IMG/VR virus record: IMGVR_UViG_3300025383_000009 | Direction: 5' to 3' (one strand) | Origin: a virus | Taxonomy: Duplodnaviria; Caudoviricetes | DNA length: 64,000 nt | Shown: positions 58,643-64,000 of the stretch, piece after piece | How the letters are laid out: every line of letters begins with the position of its first letter | How positions within the stretch are numbered: position 1 is the stretch's first letter | Made by a program: the position numbers and the translations under genes | The notes under the pieces: generated by a model | The model's input: the letters and a program-made list of their open reading frames with translations, nothing else | Databases searched by the model: none | Told to the model about the DNA's origin: nothing

Positions 58643-59893
58643 ATGGCAGATAAAACCACACTATCGGAATCATCTCAAGCACTCTTTTGTGCTTTGGCAG
58701 ATTATGTCTTATTGACTAGCGGTAAAAAAGGTGTATCTGATTTATTTAATATTGATTTATATAAGTCATATGAGGTGTTTGCTAAATATTGGGACAGTTT
58801 ATACAAAACTAAATCAATAGAATCTATTTTTCACTCGCATGTAGAATCACCTGCTATATCATATAAAGATATAGTTAAGTTTTTAAAAGAAAATCCTGAT
58901 TGGTTTATTTCTTCTGTTCTCATAGCAAAAAAACTTATAGAAGATATTGATAAAGTTATTACAAATTTTAAAGGTATAAAAAAACCTAAAGCAGCAGAAA
59001 TATGGTTTGTTCGTGGTGATAAACCAGTAATGAAAAATATTGAAGAGCTTTTTAAGAAAGCTAATGAAACACAAAAAGAATTTAATAAAACAAAAGGTGC
59101 TAAAAAAGGCGCTGTCTTTGCAAACCTTAACAAATGGTCACCTGCTGATATTTACTTTGCTTCAGATTTAGCAAGAGATAATATTGAAGAGGCTGTAAAA
59201 AATAATTCTGGTAAAGATAAAAAAGGATATAGTTTTGCTGATTTAAATGTATTGATTAGTGATTTGATTGATGGTGGGCAATTACTTCCATTATCACTAA
59301 AAAAACAAACTAAACAAGTTGTATTACAAAAAGTTAATTTTGATAGAAAACAAGAGTTAGATGAAATTAAAAAATTCTCATTTAATGGAACAAATAACTT
59401 TAAAAAGTATACACCAAAATCACCTCAACCTAGATATTTGAGTATCTATCTAGATAAAACTGATAAGAAAAAAACTATTATTATGAGGCATGATCCATCA
59501 TCAAATGCTTTCAAAGCTGAATTTGTGGTATCTGGTGGAGAAGCGAGAGGAGGCTCAGTAAGTTCATCCGATGTATTTTATTCACTATTTGCTTTAATAG
59601 ATGAGCAATTTGCTAGTAAATTTTATTCAACGCTTGAAAAAGTTAAAAAAGAATTTAACAAAAAAGTTAAAGATATGGGAGAAAATCCTGGCAAATCAAA
59701 CAAAAAGTTAAAAGAAGCATACGATAATATTAGAGAAGAATATAGTGCTTTAATTGTAACCAATGTTCTTATACCAGAGATAGTTAGTTTTTTAGATAAA
59801 GATAAAAATAGAAGTGACAAATTTGTTCGATTGATGTACCAATATGTCACATCTAGAACAGAAGAATCCAGTAAATTTGTAATAGCAAAATAA
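58643..59893 (+). CDS. Hypothetical protein with restriction-endonuclease-like motif
   Basis: NKWSPADIYF...LLPLSLKK resembles PD-(D/E)xK. Confidence 0.5.
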   Translation: MADKTTLSESSQALFCALADYVLLTSGKKGVSDLFNIDLYKSYEVFAKYWDSLYKTKSIESIFHSHVESPAISYKDIVKFLKENPDWFISSVLIAKKLIEDIDKVITNFKGIKKPKAAEIWFVRGDKPVMKNIEELFKKANETQKEFNKTKGAKKGAVFANLNKWSPADIYFASDLARDNIEEAVKNNSGKDKKGYSFADLNVLISDLIDGGQLLPLSLKKQTKQVVLQKVNFDRKQELDEIKKFSFNGTNNFKKYTPKSPQPRYLSIYLDKTDKKKTIIMRHDPSSNAFKAEFVVSGGEARGGSVSSSDVFYSLFALIDEQFASKFYSTLEKVKKEFNKKVKDMGENPGKSNKKLKEAYDNIREEYSALIVTNVLIPEIVSFLDKDKNRSDKFVRLMYQYVTSRTEESSKFVIAK

Positions 59894-59894
59894 T

Positions 59895-60347
59895 ATGACA
59901 CTAGACGATATACAACATTCAGTTTACCATGGCCAAAAAGGCGTAGAACAGGCATTTAAAATTGTCGAGGCTTATATCGAAAAGAAAAAAGAAGATTTGC
60001 CTGATGTTAGTCGAGCATTAAGAATTGCTAAAAAGAAATTAGAAGACATTCCGCCTGGCGTTATCAATCAAATTTCTGTTACAGAAAGATATAGAGATTA
60101 CTTTAAAAAGATTTTACCTGAAGGTAAGATAAATGACACTAAGGCTGAAGGCGTAAAGTTGTTAGATAGAATTAGAGAAGATTTAAATCATAGAATACTT
60201 GATGCTAAAGAACCATCAACAAAAAGAAATCGTGAATATGAAAAGAATGAGATTACTAAATTCTTCCGTAATAACTTTAGTTCCATCGTGGATTTATTAG
60301 ACCTATATAATTTACTACATGATATTAAAATAGAGATAAACAAATAA
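59895..60347 (+). CDS. Hypothetical protein
   Basis: 150 aa ORF, tightly packed with neighbours. Confidence 0.6.
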   Translation: MTLDDIQHSVYHGQKGVEQAFKIVEAYIEKKKEDLPDVSRALRIAKKKLEDIPPGVINQISVTERYRDYFKKILPEGKINDTKAEGVKLLDRIREDLNHRILDAKEPSTKRNREYEKNEITKFFRNNFSSIVDLLDLYNLLHDIKIEINK

Positions 60348-60625
60348 TGGCATTAATTGATTTTGATAAGTTAGCAAAACAATATGAATCTGATAATGAT
60401 TATGGATTTTCAGCAGTATCAGAAGAAGAATATAATTCTGTCATAAAGAATACAGCACAAACAGCAGATGATTATAAAGCAAGATTGAATGAAGTTGAAA
60501 AAATTATTATTCCTTTCCTTACAAAACTCCATTCTACAGGCGATAAAGAATACATATATTGGCCTAACAGAACACCTATCATAGAGAAACAAATAGAACG
60601 AATTTTAAAACTAACTAGAGATTAA
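60347..60625 (+). CDS. Conserved small T4-like hypothetical protein
   Basis: DYGFSAVSEEE...KEYIYWPNR pattern. Confidence 0.65.
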   Translation: MALIDFDKLAKQYESDNDYGFSAVSEEEYNSVIKNTAQTADDYKARLNEVEKIIIPFLTKLHSTGDKEYIYWPNRTPIIEKQIERILKLTRD

Positions 60626-60627
60626 TT

Positions 60628-61344
60628 ATGAGTGCTACCGTGATTATACCTATAACAGGTAATCCTGTTTGTAGGAATGCTATTGAATCTGCTTTAAATC
60701 AAACTTACCCAACAACAGTTTATGTTGTAATTGATGGTCAAGAATTTAAAGGTCCATCTAGTGTTATTGTAAGTGATTATCTTGGTAACAAAAATCTAAA
60801 AGTTTGTTATTTACCAATCAATGTTGGTGCCAATGGTTTCTATGGCCATCGAGTCTATGCTGCATTCAGTCATCTAATAGATACAGAATATGTATTATAT
60901 CTTGACCAAGATGTATCATTAAAACCTAATCACGTTAAATCTTGTATCGATACTATTAAAGAAAAAGACCTAGACTGGTCATACTCATTACGAGAAATCT
61001 ATGACAAAGATGGAAATTATTCATGTCGAGATGATTGTGAATCACTAGGTAAATGGCCTGTTTTTAGTGGAGATTATAATCACATAGATACTAATTGTTA
61101 TTGTATCAAAACAAGTGTAGCAACAAAAATAGCATCAGCATGGCATGGCGGTTGGGGTCAAGATAGAATATTCTTTCAAGCTATGGCACAACACTTTCCT
61201 AAATTTGATTGCACAGGTGAGTATACAGTAAAATATCAAGTTGATGGTAATGCAGGTTCAGTAAAGAAAGAATTCTTTGAATACGGTAATAATATTATGA
61301 CAAACAAATATAATGGAGATTTCCCATGGCGCAAAAAGATTTAA
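60628..61344 (+). CDS. GT2 family glycosyltransferase
   Basis: TVIIP, VVIDG and YVLYLDQD motifs. Confidence 0.85.
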   Translation: MSATVIIPITGNPVCRNAIESALNQTYPTTVYVVIDGQEFKGPSSVIVSDYLGNKNLKVCYLPINVGANGFYGHRVYAAFSHLIDTEYVLYLDQDVSLKPNHVKSCIDTIKEKDLDWSYSLREIYDKDGNYSCRDDCESLGKWPVFSGDYNHIDTNCYCIKTSVATKIASAWHGGWGQDRIFFQAMAQHFPKFDCTGEYTVKYQVDGNAGSVKKEFFEYGNNIMTNKYNGDFPWRKKI

Positions 61345-62168
61345 TCATTGGTGCATTTACAAACTATAACTACAATCAATTAAAACCTTGGTGTGAATCA
61401 ATTGATAAGTGTGGTTTTACAGGCGATAAAATTTTAGTTGTTGGTAAAACTGATAATAATACAATAATAGAATTAGAAAAAAGAAACTTTATATTAATCC
61501 CTATGCCGGATTTAGATAATGTTCCTATTCATGTAGCAAGATTTTTAGCCATCTATGATTATCTACAAGCAACATGGACGAATTATAGATATGTCGTAAC
61601 AACAGATGTCAAAGATGTTTACTTTCAAACAAACCCAATTGATTTTATTGAAAGTGGAAACCATAAACTTGTTATTGCTTCAGAAGGATTAAAATATGAA
61701 GATGAATCTTGGGGTGATGAAAATCTCAAACAAGCATACGGTCCATATGTTTATGAATTATTCAAAGATAAAGAAATCTTTAATGTTGGAACATTTGGTG
61801 GTCAAGCAGAATATGTAAAAGATATGGTGTTTCATATTTTCACCAACGGAGTTAATAGACCTATTCCAATTGTCGACCAAGCAGTATTCAATGTGTTAAT
61901 CAATACACAACCATTTAAAGATATAGTTTTTAAGACAGTCGATTGGGCTTGTGAAGCCGGCACAGTTGCTGACCCTTCAAAGATTAACAGATTTAGACCA
62001 AATTTATTATGTGATGAACCAACAGTAAAAGATGGTATCGTGTATTACAAAGATAAACCATTTGCTATTGTTCATCAATATGATAGAGTTCCACAATGGA
62101 AAGAGTTTGTTCGTGTAACATATGGACAAGATGATGAATCACAGATGTTTGTTTACAGGACTGCATAA
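61326..62168 (+). CDS. GT-A fold glycosyltransferase-like protein
   Basis: VVTTDVKDVYFQTNP, FNVGTFGG, DQAVFN and IVHQYDR motifs. Confidence 0.7.
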   Translation: MAQKDLIIGAFTNYNYNQLKPWCESIDKCGFTGDKILVVGKTDNNTIIELEKRNFILIPMPDLDNVPIHVARFLAIYDYLQATWTNYRYVVTTDVKDVYFQTNPIDFIESGNHKLVIASEGLKYEDESWGDENLKQAYGPYVYELFKDKEIFNVGTFGGQAEYVKDMVFHIFTNGVNRPIPIVDQAVFNVLINTQPFKDIVFKTVDWACEAGTVADPSKINRFRPNLLCDEPTVKDGIVYYKDKPFAIVHQYDRVPQWKEFVRVTYGQDDESQMFVYRTA

Positions 62169-62983
62169 TGAGTAAAATTTCAATAGTAACGGCTTTCTTT
62201 GATATTGGTCGTGGTGAATGGACACCAGATAAAGGACTACCGCATTATTTGCATAGAACAACTGATACTTATCTAGAAAGATTTAGTAATCTATGCAAAT
62301 TGGAAAATGACATTACTGTTTTCACGTCAGATGATTTAAAACATAAGGTAATTGATATATGTAAAGACCGTTTAGACACAACAAAAATTATTCCAATTGA
62401 TGTGAATAGTCATTTTTCTAATATGAGAGATTTAATCATTAATGTTCAAAAAGATCCTGAATTCCAAAAGAAAGTTAATCCTCAACAAGTAAGAAATCCA
62501 GAATATTGGAATCCTGATTATGTTCTTGTGACTAATCTGAAAGCATACTTTGCAAATATGGCTGTCAAATATAATTATACACAAAATGATATGGTTGCAT
62601 GGATTGATTTTGGTTATTGCCGTAGTGAAAATAATATTCCTGCTAGTAAAATATGGGAATATGATTTTGATGAAACAAAAATTCACCTATTCAATTACAA
62701 ACCATATGATGATAAACCAATAGACCACGCTGTTCTTAATAATGATGTTTATATCTTGGGTGCAAAAGTGGTGGCTCATAAAGATATGTGGCAAAAAATG
62801 TCCGACCTAATGACACAATCTTTTGTTGATTTACAAGAAAAAGGTTTAGTTGATGATGACCAAGGTCTATGGCTACAGTCATATATAAATGAACCTAAGG
62901 TATTTGAATTGCATCAGATTCCTGACCATCAGCTTGGTCACGATCCATTTGTATTGTTTAATAAATTTAATAATAAAGTTTAA
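62168..62983 (+). CDS. HtrL/YibB (WlaTC) family glycosyltransferase
   Basis: ISIVTAFFDIGRG, AWIDFG and DDDQG motifs. Confidence 0.8.
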   Translation: MSKISIVTAFFDIGRGEWTPDKGLPHYLHRTTDTYLERFSNLCKLENDITVFTSDDLKHKVIDICKDRLDTTKIIPIDVNSHFSNMRDLIINVQKDPEFQKKVNPQQVRNPEYWNPDYVLVTNLKAYFANMAVKYNYTQNDMVAWIDFGYCRSENNIPASKIWEYDFDETKIHLFNYKPYDDKPIDHAVLNNDVYILGAKVVAHKDMWQKMSDLMTQSFVDLQEKGLVDDDQGLWLQSYINEPKVFELHQIPDHQLGHDPFVLFNKFNNKV

Positions 62984-62984
62984 T

Positions 62985-63608
62985 ATGATTGATAATTATG
63001 AATTGATAGAACCTGGACATTGGTTTCAAAGTAAACCTACCGGTGAAATTATGAAGTATGATACTAACTATATGCAGTATTATACTAAAATGGACTTTAG
63101 TATGTCCAAATTACGTTTTGATTTACTTTCAAAATATGTTAAGTTTGATTCTATATGTGACTTTGGTTATGGTGATGGAGCATTTCTGAAGTATGCTCAC
63201 ATGAATGGTAAGAAATGTTTTGGACATGATATATCAAACTATCCTCTCCCAAATGATGTGGAGTTTGTGGCTAATGTCAAAGATGTTGAAGTTGATGTCA
63301 TTACATTCTTTGATTCTATTGAACATATTCCTTCTCCAAATATCCATGAGTTTCTCGGTTCAATTAACACAAAATATGTTATGATATCATTACCATGGAT
63401 GCACGAAAGAATGGGTGCTGAATGGTTTAGAACATGGAAACACCGTAAAGAAAATGAACACTTCCATCATTTTGATTCTCATGGATTAATTACATTGATA
63501 GACAAAGCAGGATTCATACCAATGTATATCTGTAATCATGAGGATGAAATTCGTAAACCGGTTTCATACCTTCCAAACATTTTAACTATTATTGCAAAAA
63601 AGAGATAA
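62985..63608 (+). CDS. Class I SAM-dependent methyltransferase
   Basis: ICDFGYGDGAF, GHDIS and ITFFDSIEHI motifs. Confidence 0.8.
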   Translation: MIDNYELIEPGHWFQSKPTGEIMKYDTNYMQYYTKMDFSMSKLRFDLLSKYVKFDSICDFGYGDGAFLKYAHMNGKKCFGHDISNYPLPNDVEFVANVKDVEVDVITFFDSIEHIPSPNIHEFLGSINTKYVMISLPWMHERMGAEWFRTWKHRKENEHFHHFDSHGLITLIDKAGFIPMYICNHEDEIRKPVSYLPNILTIIAKKR

Positions 63609-63610
63609 TC

Positions 63611-64000
63611 ATGCAAGTATATCTTAGCTCAACTGCCAACTTAGGTGATTTTTTAAATGGCTTTCCTGTTTTGTCTGGTCTTTATAAACAATATGGAAAA
63701 TTTGACCTCATTGTTAAAAGAGATTTGAATAAATTTAAAGGTATCAAAGAGTTTTTGAATTATCAAGATATCTTTTCTTCAGTTGAGTTTGATAGTGATG
63801 TTTTTGTGTATGGCAGTATCATTAACCTCAGTTCTTGGACTAGAGAAGAACAAAGTAATCCAAATCGACCAATTGAAACTTGTCGTTATGAAAACTGGTT
63901 GAGAGATAACTATCCTAATTTAGAATTTGAAGTTGATGATGATGTAGAAATTAAAGTACCTGAATTAGATATTGAAATTGAAGATGCTTATTACTGTGGT
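63611..64000 (+). CDS. Partial glycosyltransferase (GT9-like N-terminus), runs off the window
   Basis: MQVYLSSTANLGDFLNGFPVLSGL... open to the end of the window. Confidence 0.5.
   Translation, partial: MQVYLSSTANLGDFLNGFPVLSGLYKQYGKFDLIVKRDLNKFKGIKEFLNYQDIFSSVEFDSDVFVYGSIINLSSWTREEQSNPNRPIETCRYENWLRDNYPNLEFEVDDDVEIKVPELDIEIEDAYYCG

Overview
A 64 kb segment of a T4-like (myovirus) phage genome. The host is probably Gram-negative, inferred from CsgG/CsgF and a lipobox. 1-25816 (minus strand): tail fibres, baseplate genes (gp8, gp7, gp6, gp25, PAAR, gp5, gp27, gp53, gp48) and three collagen-like fibre genes. 25862-31611 (plus): gp4, gp2, a gp54/gp19-family gene, a holin, gp16, a GIY-YIG endonuclease, gp26/gp51 and the tape measure. 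31638-42226 (minus): gp32, gp33, ClpP, cell-wall hydrolases, exonuclease, DenV, RNase H, DsbA and small early genes. 42356-50549 (minus): accessory module of lipase, CsgF, CsgG, curlin-repeat protein, FecR protein, DUF4337, HAD, RimK and a CHASE2 adenylate cyclase. 50619-64000 (plus): gp43, UvsX, gp41 and the start of a glycosyltransferase cluster. Best leads: (1) a putative phage trans-envelope curli-pore/FecR/cAMP signalling system; (2) a lambda G/GT-like -1 frameshift joining gp26 to gp51 directly before the tape measure; (3) two structured ncRNA candidates at 40737-40934; (4) a family of eight non-canonical sigma70-like promoters, four apparently leaderless; (5) an AUU-initiated RNase H; (6) a SutA-like RNA polymerase-binding protein. 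All family assignments are motif recognition by eye; no database search was run.
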